Assembly (NCBI GenBank): GCA_020697715.1
Contig: JAEHCO010000001.1
Coordinates: 448,001 to 512,000 of the forward strand
Direction of reading: 5' to 3'
Length of the DNA stretch: 64,000 bases
Source of the DNA: Methanobacteriota archaeon
GTDB taxonomy: Archaea; Thermoplasmatota; Thermoplasmata; SG8-5; JAGLSY01
Shown here: positions 47,452 through 59,900 of the stretch, in pieces
Position numbering within the stretch: the first letter of the stretch is position 1
Layout of the letters: every line of letters begins with the position of its first letter
Notes under the pieces: generated by a model
What the model was told of the DNA's origin: nothing
Databases searched by the model: none
Seen by the model: only the letters and a program-made list of their open reading frames with translations
Program-made: the position numbers and the translations under genes

Positions 47452-49632
47452 TTATTTTACCAGGTTCATCACTCTATCCACAAGCTCTGGCTCTCTGGTT
47501 ATCACAACCACTTTGTCGCCCTTTTTGAACTTGTCTGTCTTGAGTACCCTTTTCGCCCCGGCCACATCCTCATATTCACCCTCGATCTTGGGATTGATGG
47601 TTATGACCGAAGAACCACTGAGGGAGCCTGTCCCCTTCTTGGCCAGTGGTCGAATATGACCGATGAAGATGACCGGATATCCCACCAGGGCGCCTTGGAA
47701 TTCCTTGATGGACTTGCCAATGAAAGAGGCTGGCACTTCCCTGATATAGAACTCATTGGTGTTCTCGGAGAAAGTAAGTAAATTGCGGAATATCAGGGTG
47801 ACATAGGGCTTTAGAATTGCCTGTGCCATCAACTGCTCGGCGAAGGCCTCGATCGATACCACGACATTGGCCTTCGTATTGCGGAAGAACTGGAAATTCT
47901 TCGATTCCATCAACTCAACGGCTGTGAACATGTTCTCGGATATTCGATTCTCAATTATCTGGAGCTGGTGTAAACCTCTGAGGTCGGACTCTTCTCCTTC
48001 GTTCACCTCGGACACTATGACCACCCTGGTCTTGTCCGCATCTTCCCTCGTCACACCAGCAATTTTCAATTTTTGGAGACTGACCGGCTCTCCGATATTC
48101 TCCACCCTGAGGGAGATATAATCCTCCATGGGTCTTCCTAACATATTGGTCACCCTGTCATTTATCTTCTTGAGGCGGGGTTCCAGCTTGGAAGGCTCGT
48201 ACCTGGTGAGCAGGGCGACCTCGAGCTTCTTCACACTGCCTTTGGTCTTTTCCACATTGGCGCATATCTTGGCCAGTTCATTGATCAAGTCCCTCACATG
48301 GTACGGGTTCCAGTTGAGGATGACAATCCTATCAAAGGGCAGTTCGTCCTCATAATCGTCCTTGGTATCTGGCATTGTCTTGGATTGGAACTCGGGCAAG
48401 GGTTTTTCCAGTATCTCGCATGCCTTGAGGGTGTCCTTCTCATCATAGGAAATGAGGACCAATTGGTCTCCATTCTTGAACTTTATCTCCTTCTGAGGAT
48501 TCAGAAGGAGCGTGACCTTGTCCGCTTTCTCATACCCGGCCACTGAGCCGTCATTGCCCGCAGGCACATGTCGAAGAACTCCAACCGGGGTGACGCCAGT
48601 GTCCAGGAAGAGTTTTTCAACAGAATTGAAAGACTTGCCCACCATGGCCTTGGTTGTCTGATAATAATAAAATTCGCATGTGTCCACCTCCTTGGTGCTA
48701 AGAAGGTCGTGGGTGATCTCATTCACCTCTCCCTGGATGATGGACTGGATGAAAAGATACCGGGGCATGTTCTCCAGATAAATTGGCTCCACCGTGAGCT
48801 TGCTGGAAGTGCCTGGAATGAGAGTGGTATACACCTCTGGCTCATTAGAATCTCCCATCGCGCAAGGCAGAAGATTGGTCTCCTCATCAAGGAATTCCAG
48901 CACCACATTGATATCTGTCTTTATCCTCTGGGCCACATCCTCATCACAAAGATGATTGTATATGGCCTTGTAAACTAGTGAAACGTAGGCATCCCTGTAG
49001 ATCTTATGACCCTTCACGGTCTCATCAGTTGACAGTACGAGGATACTTCTAGCGGCCTCCACATTGGCCTTGTCCAGTACTTCGAGATCCAGTGGGTCTC
49101 CGATTATCGCGTATGTATTTCGACGCAGCCTGTCATCATTGAAAGTGATATCAGCAGCATTTGGACTGATTATGACAACTGGATAGATATTGATCAGATC
49201 CTCCGAGCGTAATTCCGTCAGTATACCTTCTATCTTACTCGTCATACCACAAATGACCACATGACCCTGGCCACTGTAGGTCTTCAGAACCTTGACCTTT
49301 CCACGGTTGATGATCTTTTCCAAAATGTAACTGGATACCTCTCCCACCACCATTGCGAAGAAGATTATGCTGGTGGTCATGACAACTATGATCGCGCCCT
49401 TTCCAAGGGATGTGGTGGCATCTGTGGAATCTCCCAATAACATCATGAAAGATATCAGAAGAGCCTCGTAGACAGGAATTTCTTCTGCCTGGCTAAGCAC
49501 GAACGACGCTATGACGAGAGCTATGAAAATACCTATACTCAGCTTGGCCTGATACGAATCCTTGAACCACCGCACCAGGGGACTGGTCACTTTATGGCTT
49601 CCCGATAATCCACCTTTACCCATATTATCCAT
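47452..49632 (-). CDS. Two-TM ion-channel-like protein with tandem RCK domains
   Basis: TM-pore helix-TM; GHVVICG, GDPLDLEVLDKANVEAARSILVL; second RCK IVILNWN; C-terminal RCK-C lobes. Confidence 0.8.
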   Translation of the reverse strand: MDNMGKGGLSGSHKVTSPLVRWFKDSYQAKLSIGIFIALVIASFVLSQAEEIPVYEALLISFMMLLGDSTDATTSLGKGAIIVVMTTSIIFFAMVVGEVSSYILEKIINRGKVKVLKTYSGQGHVVICGMTSKIEGILTELRSEDLINIYPVVIISPNAADITFNDDRLRRNTYAIIGDPLDLEVLDKANVEAARSILVLSTDETVKGHKIYRDAYVSLVYKAIYNHLCDEDVAQRIKTDINVVLEFLDEETNLLPCAMGDSNEPEVYTTLIPGTSSKLTVEPIYLENMPRYLFIQSIIQGEVNEITHDLLSTKEVDTCEFYYYQTTKAMVGKSFNSVEKLFLDTGVTPVGVLRHVPAGNDGSVAGYEKADKVTLLLNPQKEIKFKNGDQLVLISYDEKDTLKACEILEKPLPEFQSKTMPDTKDDYEDELPFDRIVILNWNPYHVRDLINELAKICANVEKTKGSVKKLEVALLTRYEPSKLEPRLKKINDRVTNMLGRPMEDYISLRVENIGEPVSLQKLKIAGVTREDADKTRVVIVSEVNEGEESDLRGLHQLQIIENRISENMFTAVELMESKNFQFFRNTKANVVVSIEAFAEQLMAQAILKPYVTLIFRNLLTFSENTNEFYIREVPASFIGKSIKEFQGALVGYPVIFIGHIRPLAKKGTGSLSGSSVITINPKIEGEYEDVAGAKRVLKTDKFKKGDKVVVITREPELVDRVMNLVK

Positions 49633-49757
49633 ACCTGCATTCCATTCTGGTTAAAATATTTTCATCTATTTTCATATTCAAAAAATATTGAACATTTGAA
49701 TAGGTTTATTTACTCTCATTAACATATTCTCCGGGTACACTGAAGGAGTGAGGAAGA

Positions 49758-50660
49758 ATGACATTCTCGATAGTCGCTATTGACAAGGAAAAGAAAGAAG
49801 TGGGTTTCGCCATCGCATCATGCTGCTGGAATGCGGGCATGGTGTGTGGGGCGAGAACGGATCAGGGTGCTATCGCGTCCCAGGCCAGTGGTAATCTTGC
49901 CTTTCTGAACATGTTCTTCGATAAGATCGAGCATGATAGGAGCCTGGAAGAGACCTTGCAGCATTTCAAGAACAATGATGATTCTTTCGACACCCGGCAG
50001 GTGGGGATGATCACAATGGCCGGCGAGGCATTGGCTGTCACCGGCTCTGATTGCGACGAATGGGCCGGACATGTGACCGGGCCAGATCATTCAATTCAAG
50101 GCAACACCCTTGTAGGCCCGGAAGTGGTGGACGATATGAAGCTGGCCTTTGAGAATACTGAAGGCCAGTTGATGAGTCGCCTTTACGCGGCTCTACGTGC
50201 GGGGGACGATGCTGGAGGAGATGCCAGGGGTAAGCAAAGCGCGAGACTTGTTGTATTGAGGAAAGGAGGCGGATTCGATGGCTCTGACAATGTATGCGAT
50301 ATAAAATTCCAGGACCATCCAGAGCCTGTGCGGGAGATGGGTCGGATACTGGAAGCACGAGCCCTGCTTGTGTCAGCTCATGGCAATTACGAAGGCGTGT
50401 CCATTGCTTCCAAGGAGGAGAAGCTGGCCATCCTGGAAAAGGTGTGGAGCTTCCTGGATACGGAAGCGGATGACAATTGCAGATATTGCGATCTGTGGAC
50501 GGACCTTGGGGAACGATATCACGAGCTTGGACATCTGGATAAGGCTGTCAAGGCATACAAAAGAGCGATGCACAACTCTCCGAATCTGGTCAAAAGTTTG
50601 AAGTTGAATGCGGAGAAGGGTAAGCTGGCGGAGGAGTTGGCACAAGCCTTGTTCAATTAA
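49758..50660 (+). CDS. DUF1028 (Ntn-hydrolase-like) protein with C-terminal TPR
   Basis: MTFSIVA, RQVG, QGN.L, AGGDARGKQSA, DHPEP; TPR tail. Confidence 0.92.
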   Translation: MTFSIVAIDKEKKEVGFAIASCCWNAGMVCGARTDQGAIASQASGNLAFLNMFFDKIEHDRSLEETLQHFKNNDDSFDTRQVGMITMAGEALAVTGSDCDEWAGHVTGPDHSIQGNTLVGPEVVDDMKLAFENTEGQLMSRLYAALRAGDDAGGDARGKQSARLVVLRKGGGFDGSDNVCDIKFQDHPEPVREMGRILEARALLVSAHGNYEGVSIASKEEKLAILEKVWSFLDTEADDNCRYCDLWTDLGERYHELGHLDKAVKAYKRAMHNSPNLVKSLKLNAEKGKLAEELAQALFN

Positions 50661-50698
50661 ACGATAAATTTAATTAGCCTTGGATATATCCGACAAAT

Positions 50699-51172
50699 AT
50701 GAAATTAAAACTCAATGGTTGGGATCTGAATATCGTATTCTCATCATGCCACTTCCTTGCAGAACATAATAAATGCTCCAGGCTTCACGGCCACAATTAC
50801 GGTGTCCATCTGACCCTGGAGGGAGACGTTGATAAGACCGGGCTGGTCATGGATTTCGTCGTTCTCAAAAGGGCTTTGAATGAGATCATCGACGACCTCG
50901 ATCATAAGGTGATGCTTCCTGGCAATTCACCTGTTACGAAGGTCGTTATTGAGGGTGACCAGGTAACTGCTGACAGTGGGGCGAAGCATTATTCCTTCCC
51001 ACTGGAGGACGTGGTCATTCTGGATCTGGATGCTATCTCTGCGGAGAATCTGGCATACTTCATATTGCAGAGGATGAAGACGATCATCGATCTACCTGAC
51101 AACATCCACGCGATAGGAATTGGCGTGGATGAGGGCAAAGGGCAGGGAGCCTGGATATGGGAAAAGCTATAA
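50699..51172 (+). CDS. queD: 6-carboxytetrahydropterin synthase
   Basis: CSRLHGHNY, MDF, LDHK, SAENLA. Confidence 0.93.
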   Translation: MKLKLNGWDLNIVFSSCHFLAEHNKCSRLHGHNYGVHLTLEGDVDKTGLVMDFVVLKRALNEIIDDLDHKVMLPGNSPVTKVVIEGDQVTADSGAKHYSFPLEDVVILDLDAISAENLAYFILQRMKTIIDLPDNIHAIGIGVDEGKGQGAWIWEKL

Positions 51173-51813
51173 TTTTACTGTCTGGTGGCCTGGATTCGGG
51201 CACTTGTGCGGCTATCGCGAAGGCCGCGGATCATGATATAATAGCGCTTTCTTTCGACTATGGAAGCCGGCACAGCAAGGAAATTGACAATGCGAGACGC
51301 ATTGTCCAACATCTTGGAATTCAGGAGCATATCATCATGCCACTGGCTCTCGGCAAATTTGGAGGTTCATCGCTTGTTGATGAATCCATGAAGCTGGGTG
51401 ATGGAGAAGAGATCCCGAATACCTATGTGCCTGCCCGCAACACTGTTTTTCTTTCGATCGCACTGGCACTGGCCGAGGCTCGCGGGGCGGATGTCATCTA
51501 CATCGGAGCCAATGCCGTGGATTATTCAGGATATCCCGATTGCCGCCCGGAATTCATCAAGGCCTTTGAAGAGACAGGCCGCCTCGGGACAAAAAGAGGC
51601 GTCGAAGGCAACCCGATCAAGATACTGGCTCCTCTTATCAGCATGACGAAAGCGGAGATAATCAAGCAGGGTAAGTCGCTTGATTTTCCTTATGAATTGA
51701 CATGGAGCTGTTATGCTGGCGGTGAACTGGCATGCGGGAAATGTGACTCATGTTTATTGAGATTGAAGGGGTTTAAGGAGGCGGGTTTTGATGATCCGAT
51801 CGAATATGAATAG
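51157..51813 (+). CDS. queC: 7-cyano-7-deazaguanine synthase
   Basis: SGGLDS, YVPARN, YPDCRPEF, TWSCY...CGKCDSC. Confidence 0.97.
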   Translation: MGKAIILLSGGLDSGTCAAIAKAADHDIIALSFDYGSRHSKEIDNARRIVQHLGIQEHIIMPLALGKFGGSSLVDESMKLGDGEEIPNTYVPARNTVFLSIALALAEARGADVIYIGANAVDYSGYPDCRPEFIKAFEETGRLGTKRGVEGNPIKILAPLISMTKAEIIKQGKSLDFPYELTWSCYAGGELACGKCDSCLLRLKGFKEAGFDDPIEYE

Positions 51814-52261
51814 CTCGATAAGAAAGGCAGGGCCAGAAGATATAGATGCCATTGTCCAGATAACCAAGGAAAATAATCATTTCTGGACTCCGGCGGTAGA
51901 TGGGGTCCAGGGACTGTCCAGACTTATGGAAAGAGATTCCAATATCTTATTGGTGGCCGAGGATCCAGAGGGGGATATATTAGGATTCATTATCGGAGCG
52001 TGGGATGGCGCAAGGGCCATGTTGACAAAGCTTTCCGTGAGACCCGGTATTCAAAAACAGGGTATTGGGACAATGCTCGTGAACGGAGCGGTGGAGGAAT
52101 TGAAAGGCATGGGGGCACCGACGGTCGGCGTCCTTGCGGCGGATGGAACCCGGCCGGATGAAGAGGAAAATGATAGCACTGGCTTTTGGAGCAAGGTGGG
52201 ATTCGAATATATACCAGCCAGACTTATGATAAAATTTGACATTCAGGAGGAAAAAGCGTGA
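51806..52261 (+). CDS. GNAT acetyltransferase inside the que operon
   Basis: IRKA..ED, LVAE...ILGFI, LSVRPGIQKQGIGTMLV, GFWSKVGF; overlaps both neighbours. Confidence 0.88.
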   Translation: MNSSIRKAGPEDIDAIVQITKENNHFWTPAVDGVQGLSRLMERDSNILLVAEDPEGDILGFIIGAWDGARAMLTKLSVRPGIQKQGIGTMLVNGAVEELKGMGAPTVGVLAADGTRPDEEENDSTGFWSKVGFEYIPARLMIKFDIQEEKA

Positions 52262-52887
52262 AGATAAACGAGATATTCTACAGTCTGCAGGGCGAGGGAT
52301 TGACAATGGGCATACCGACTGCCTTCGTGAGACTGACTGGCTGCAATCTTAGATGCGATTGGTGCGACACCCTTTTCGCCTATGATGAGGGGGAAGAGAT
52401 GACTATCCAGGAGATAATCGAAACTGTTGAGGACATGGGAACTCAACAGGTGTGTGTCACTGGTGGTGAACCTCTCATCCAGAAAGATACCATCGATCTT
52501 ATCGAGAAGATGATCGAACAGGGTTTCTTCATCGTGCTGGAGACCAATGGCTCTCAGAATCTGGAGACATTGCCATGCTCGGATAATTTCATGATAAGCA
52601 TGGACATGAAATGCCCTTCTTCGGGGATGGAGGAGAAAATGCTGGACTCCAATATCGAATTACTGGGGCCTACAGATCAGCTGAAGTTCGTGATAGCTGA
52701 TAAGAAAGATTACAAACATGCACTTTCTGTCATGAAGGACAATGAGCCAGTATGCAATATCATCATGACCCCGGTCTTTGGCACATGCATGAGATCATTA
52801 TCTGATTGGGTTCTTGGGGACAAGCTGGATGTCCGGGTTTTGCCACAATTACATAAGTTAATATGGGGCAACGAGCGAGGACGGTAA
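52258..52887 (+). CDS. queE: 7-carboxy-7-deazaguanine synthase (radical SAM)
   Basis: EIFYSLQGEG, GCNLRCDWCDT, TGGEP, ETNG, PQLHK. Confidence 0.96.
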   Translation: MKINEIFYSLQGEGLTMGIPTAFVRLTGCNLRCDWCDTLFAYDEGEEMTIQEIIETVEDMGTQQVCVTGGEPLIQKDTIDLIEKMIEQGFFIVLETNGSQNLETLPCSDNFMISMDMKCPSSGMEEKMLDSNIELLGPTDQLKFVIADKKDYKHALSVMKDNEPVCNIIMTPVFGTCMRSLSDWVLGDKLDVRVLPQLHKLIWGNERGR

Positions 52888-52960
52888 TTCAGTAACTAAC
52901 AAGATCGTTGAGCCATATTTACTTCGATATGGGGAAATGAACGAGGGCGATAATCCAGGA

Positions 52961-53776
52961 TCAAATTCCAACCCAAGCACTACCGATTATCCTTTTCACA
53001 GCCGATATCAATGACAATGCGGCCAGGTAGCTCGTCCTTGGATTCTCGGGGAATGGTAAATTCCTGGTCCAGCACTCGATCTCGCCAGACCGAGCCTTGA
53101 CTATAAGCCGATGAGTGTTCCTCTGTGCTTTGGGATCGACGATCAACTTCACTCTTGTGCGATCGAATCCCAGGCCAGCTAAGCTCACTGTGGCTGCCAC
53201 ATTCACATTCTTTGGAAAATGCTTGACCGCGTCCCTCGCCCAGCCATCATACACGACCTTCGGCCTGCTCAGGTTGGTTATATCGATATTGTTCTGCTTG
53301 AAATATTTCTGACCCTTGAGGGCTTTTGGTGATTTGTAGGACATGAGGATGACTTCCTCTATCTCGCCCACATCCAATCCGCCAAGACCACCAAGACCAT
53401 CTATCCCGCATATAGCTCCGGAGGGTATGTATATTTTGCAATTATTCTGCTTGGCCAGTATCTTGCATTTATCCCACAGATTGTCATCCGAAAAGGCTCC
53501 GACACTCATGACAAGGGAGCTCACGCCTTTCTCCAGAGCGTGTGGGATGAATTTGGTAACCGCATCTTGGGCTGCTGTTTCCACCACCAATCGGCAATCT
53601 TCCAGCACGTCATCATAATTCTCACTATATCGGATCTTGGTGAGATCTTCATCCAGATCCTGAACCTTCTCTGGTTTCTTCTCAATAATGAATATATTAT
53701 TGATATCATCCATTTCATGGAGAGCCTTGGCCAGTGTTCTCCCGATCGAACCGAAGCCTATTATGCAGATATTCAT
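52961..53776 (-). CDS. nadX: L-aspartate dehydrogenase
   Basis: IGFGSIG, MSVGA, PSGAICGID, FPKNVNVAA, NPRTSYLAALS. Confidence 0.95.
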   Translation of the reverse strand: MNICIIGFGSIGRTLAKALHEMDDINNIFIIEKKPEKVQDLDEDLTKIRYSENYDDVLEDCRLVVETAAQDAVTKFIPHALEKGVSSLVMSVGAFSDDNLWDKCKILAKQNNCKIYIPSGAICGIDGLGGLGGLDVGEIEEVILMSYKSPKALKGQKYFKQNNIDITNLSRPKVVYDGWARDAVKHFPKNVNVAATVSLAGLGFDRTRVKLIVDPKAQRNTHRLIVKARSGEIECWTRNLPFPENPRTSYLAALSLISAVKRIIGSAWVGI

Positions 53777-53968
53777 GGTATCGGGCAGGATTAAGTGGTC
53801 AAGGATTTAAAGATAACGATGGGGTTGAGTCGTTTGATATAACAATACATAATGCGTGTAAGAAATATATATATTATAGAAAGAGATACAAGAAAAAATC
53901 ATGTTATTTTCTGGCCATATTCACATCATATGCCAGGGAGTACATATGTTAAGAGGACGTGACATATC

Positions 53969-56900
53969 ATGGGAAGTGGAAGTGAAACAATTATGCCAAG
54001 CAATGCAAAGAAGGGTATATCGATAATTCTGGTTTTTTTATTAGTGATGTCTACTTTTGCAGGACTTTTGCCACTCGTATCCAATAATGTGAGCGCCATT
54101 ACATTGGTGGTGGATCCCAGTACTGGGTTTGATTACGATACTATCCAAGCGGCGATAGATGTGGCCAATAATGGAGATATTATCTTTGTGAAGAGCAATG
54201 GTGACACCCCCTATGATGAGATCTTGACAGTGGACAAGAGCGTCACGATCATCGGTGAGAATCCATTGAACACGACGGTTGCTGGTGATGGCTCTGACGC
54301 TGTGATCACTATTCAGGCAGGCATAAATAATGTGAATATCTCCGGACTTAGAATATGCCATTATGGTACTCATGGAGGTAATGGAGGTATATCTATCTTC
54401 CAGGCTGAAAATGTCACCATAGAAAATTGTATAATAAACAATACGAATAGTGGAATATACCCATATCAATCCTCATGGGTCACAATTGAGAACAATACAA
54501 TATCAGACTGTGATTATGGTCTATATTGTCTAGAATCAGATTACCTCGCTATTAGTAGGAATGATATATCAGATAATGGTGAGGGAATATACTTGAGTCT
54601 CGCCAGCCACACTGTGGTCAACTACAATATTATAGATAATAATCCCGATGGGATCATTCTGGCAGATCTTACCGACACCTTGTTCCAACTCAATCAAATA
54701 TCAAATAGCACAACTGGACTTGATCTACAATCTGGTGTATTTCAGGTATCTTCTACTTCTTTCCACCACAATAATTTCTTTGACAATACAAATGATGTGC
54801 TCAATGCCTTCAATAGTGACACTACTTGGTCAGACGGCTTTGAGGGCAATTTCTGGGATTCATATGCAGGGACAGATATGAATGGTGATGCTGTCGGAGA
54901 AACATCACATCCACTCGGCGCTACCAATGGAGCGTATGGGGATCAACACTCACTGGTCACACCAGCCACAACCCGTGTTAGGAATACAGAAACTGGAGAA
55001 GAATTCCTGTACATCCAGGAAGCGGTTGATGATGATGACACATTAACCGGACACACGATCCTTGTCACCAACTGGTCTGTCGAGCAATATCCGAATTGGA
55101 CGCATCATGAGAATGTGGATGTTCACAAGGGTGTGAATATCATAGGAGAGGACAGGGATACCACAATTGTCGACGGCTATGGTGCTGGCTCTGTCTTGAA
55201 ACTCACAGCAGATGGAGTGGATGTATCACAGCTCACTGTCCAGAATGCTGGCTCGGCAACAGATGAGGATGCCGGCATTTTGATAAATGCAGACCTGTGC
55301 AGTGTTCGGAATGTGACCAGTGTGTTCAATGCAGTGAATGGAATTGCAATATCATACAGCAATTACAGCACAATTGGGTACAACATAATTAGTAAAAATA
55401 TGAAGAACGGCATTCTTCTGGAATATTCTGAGAATTGCACGGTCATTGCCAATCAAGTACTGGACAATGTCTTGACCGGAATTTACTCTCATGATTGTTC
55501 TAATAATATCATAACTGGAAATCAGATCGAGGATGTCGATATGTGGTCGGAGCCAGTACAGGATGGATTGGTGGCCGAGTGGAGGATGGACGAAATCTTC
55601 TGGAATGGCACTACTGGAGAGGTTATAGACTCCTCTGGAAATGGACATGACGGCACATCATTAAATGGTACCAATACTACTTCTCTAGGCAAATATGGCC
55701 GTGCTGGAGAGTTCGATGGTGTGAATAATTCCATATTCGTACCTTATGACCCGGCTTTCAATGTGACAGAGTTTACCTTGGAAGCATGGATCAAACTTGA
55801 TAAAATAGGTATAAATCAGGAAATAATTTCCAGATCTGCAGATGGCGATCCAGAATGTTCAAATTATTGGCTCACTATTACTCCGGGTAATAATGTACAG
55901 CTATTCTATGAATATGGCACAGGATCTGATTGCAAGCTCACATCTATAACAACACTGGAAGTTGATAGGTGGTATCATGTTGTGGCCACTCAAAGTAATA
56001 AACTATCCCGAATTTATATAGATGGGCATTTTGATAATGAAAAATTACAACTAAGTGATCCTGAACCAACTGCGGACAGGGATATTTACATTGGTAGAAG
56101 GAATCCCCCCAGTCTTAATATGCTCAATGGCAGCATTGACGAGGTTCGAATATACAACCGAGCACTTGGTCAGTCCGAGGCCAAGTTAAATTATGGCATC
56201 AGTGGCTCTCAAGCTGGCCTTTTGATATCTGAGGATGATAATACAATAATAGACAACAATATTATCAGCTCAAACATCGGTTCCGGCATCATATCAAGAG
56301 GGTGCGATGGTCTCCTAATCAAGAACAACACAATAACTGAAAATATCAATTTAGACTCTGGTGAGCTCCCAATAGATGACGGACTGGTTGCACATTATAA
56401 GATGGATGAAGATTTTTCCAACATCGTGAACTATAATCCCGATACGATTAAAGACTCATCTGGCTATGGGAATCACGCAATTAATGTAGATGTTGATACA
56501 ACAATAGGGATATACAATGGAGCGGGAAATTTTGATGGCTTCGGCGATTATTTGATTGCTCCTGATTCATCCATCCTGGACCTTATTGACAATTTCACGG
56601 TGTCAGCGTGGATCAATGTGGACACATTCACCTGGTTGGGAGGTATAGTTGGCAAATACCAAAACTCTGGTGCGGATGGTTTCACTTTCCGTCTGAGTCC
56701 TACCGCTCCCTACAATACTATAAGTTTCTGCGGGTTTGAGGGATCCGTCACCCTTTCCACTGATACATGGTATTATGTTACTGGTGTGGTGGAGAATGGT
56801 GTATCATCAATTTACATCAATGGAATAAAGGACAGCTCTGGCCCGGCAGGTGACCTGCAAGCGAATGACAACGATGTGAGTATAGGCGCGGACTATCTTT

Positions 56901-59900
56901 CCACCCCCAGGTACTTTGACGGCAGAATTGACGAGGTCAGGATATATAATCGTGTTCTGGATGAAGCCGAGCTCCTCTTTAATTCCAATTGGATTGCGGC
57001 AGGTCTAGCGGTATCAGATAATCAGGGCTGCATAATAGATGGAAACAATATCTCTTCTAACAATGGTGACGGCATAAGGTCAATAGATAACAGTAATTGC
57101 TACATAACCAACAACACAGTTGATGATAATGGTGAGAATGGCATATATCTGGAAACATGTGATAATATAACCATCGCAGGTAATTCGGCCAGCTACAATG
57201 GTATAGATGGTATCTACATGTACGACCACAATGAATATTGCAATATAATTGACAATACATTGAACCACAATGGCTATGATAATCCTTTCGAAGTAGGCCG
57301 AGGTATTTGGCTAAGTTCATACTGTAATTACAATACCATAACAGGTAATACGGCCGATCATAATGAAATGGAGGGCATATTCCTGTATAATAACTGCGAC
57401 CATAATACGATCTCGTACAATACCTTTGACCATACCACTGCCCATCATGGCGTATACTTATACACATACAGCAATTATAATCTGATTACCAATAACTCTG
57501 CCAGATCTAATAATAAAGATGGAATAGTGGTAGAAACAGGATCAGATCATAACACCATTGTGGGTAACACAGTTGCCAAGAATGGTCACGTAGGTGTGAA
57601 TATGATTTCATCTAATTACAATCAGATCTATCACAATAATATAATGAACAACAATATTCAGGCAGCGGATGATACGGGAAATAATATCTGGAACTTACCA
57701 TACCCTGATGGTGGGAATTACTGGAGTGATTGGAACACACCAGATATGGACATGAATGGGTTCGTGGATATGCCATATGATGTTGGCAGTATACCTATCG
57801 GATCAGTATATTACGAATACTTCAGTGATGCTATCGGTCCAGAATGGTCAGTCTACAGTTCGACGACAGACGGTGTCAATGAGATCAACCCTGCCCCTAT
57901 TATGGCTAATGATGGTCCCGCATGGTCCCAGAGCTCATCGAGCGGTACTATGAACCTTAATGAATTGATATTACATGTCGATGTTGAATCTTTTGGATCA
58001 TTACAAGTTGAATTCACGTGCTATGTTGGAGAAGTTCCTTATCCCATGCCAGATAGCTTCACGGACCATTCCAATAGTGATGGTATCGCAGTTAGTAATG
58101 ATGGTGTCAATTGGTACAAAGCATGGTCACCTACAACAGCCGGATTTTATGATTCAAAAACAGCATTCCTTGGAGCTATCCCTGGTTTTTCACCAGACGG
58201 TGATGTTTACATCAAGTTCCAGCGATATGGATCCTCCAATTTCCCTAATGGTAAGGAATGGGATACTATCAGTCTAACATCGGATAATAGTATATCCAAG
58301 CTGATAGAGGATAAATATCCCTTTGCTAATATGAATGGATGGTCAGAGATGGCCAATTGGAAATTAAATCAGGTTGGCGGTCAGGATGTGCCTGATAGCA
58401 GTGTGAGCGGCAATGATGGAACACTGGGTGCTGATGATGCAGTTGCTTCTGACGATCCCGTATGGCTTATAGGAATATCAGGCACTGCCTTGAAATTCGA
58501 TGGCGTGAACGATCTGGTGAATGTACCAAACACCATATCACCACCATACGAGATAACATTGGAAGCCTGGGTGAACCCAGCTGTGAATAATGTATCCCTT
58601 CCAGATCAGATGATCATCTGCAAAGAGGATGTATCCACAAACAGTAAGGCATGGAGTCTATCTTTGAATGGCACAGCGGCACTCGGTGTCAATACGACCG
58701 TTGGCGAGTCCATTGTCAGATCCACGACACTATTGGACATCAATACCTGGTATCACATCATCGGAACCTATGATGGAAGTAAATTGAGCATCTATGTGAA
58801 TGGAATTCTCGAGAATTCCATTCCCCATTCTGGAGATCTCAATACAGACATTCTCGAGACCTCTATAGGTCATCTACCGGGCGCTTCAGGCATGGATAGC
58901 TACTTCAGTGGCACGATAGATGAAGCCAGAATTCTCAATAAGGCTTTGACATGCTCCGAGGTAGGAACACGATATGATTCCTTTGTAGGCATGATGGAAT
59001 CATCCTGGCCAATGTTCCAGCACGATGTGGAGCACACTGGTCTTAGCCCGGTAAATACCAGTCACATTGACGGTACCGTGCTGTGGAGCTACAGCACAGG
59101 AGGCGATGTTTATTCTTCACCTTCTATTGCTGTTGATGGCACTATCTATTTCGGATCTTATGATGACAAGATATATGCATTGGATCCAGATGGCACAATG
59201 AAATGGGATTTCGATACTGGATTTGATGTACATTCGACCCCAGTTATTGGCGTAGAGGGCTCCCTGTATTTTGGTGCTGGTGATACATTCTACGGTGTAT
59301 TATCGGATGGAGTTGAGAAATGGAATTACCCTGCTGGTGGTACTATATGGACATCTCCAGCTCTGGGGAAGGATGGCACTCTTTATTTTGGAACGGATTC
59401 CAGTGACTTGATCGCTCTTCTTCCAGATGGTGTTGAGAAATGGACCTACCCAGCCAGTGGAACCATACGCAGTTCGCCAACCATTGACGAAGATGGTAAT
59501 ATCTACTTTGGAGCTGGTACCACACTCACCTCACTTGATCCAGATGGCGCATTGAATTGGGCTTATTCGGCAGGTAATACGGTCAGTGGTTCACCCACAA
59601 TTGATGAAGATGGTAGGATACTATTTGGCTCATGGAATAACAATTTATATTGCCTGAATCCGAATGGAACACTTCATTGGAGTTATACTGCAGGGGCCCA
59701 GATAGACAAATCTCCTGCTATTGGCCCTGATGGTGATATCTACTTCGGATCACGTGATAACAATCTCACCTGCCTCTATCCTAATGGGACATTCAATTGG
59801 AATTTCATGACTGGAAATTGGGTATATTCATCACCAGCTATTGGTAGTGATGGAACGATATACATTGGTTCAAATGACGATCATATCTACGCTCTGAACC

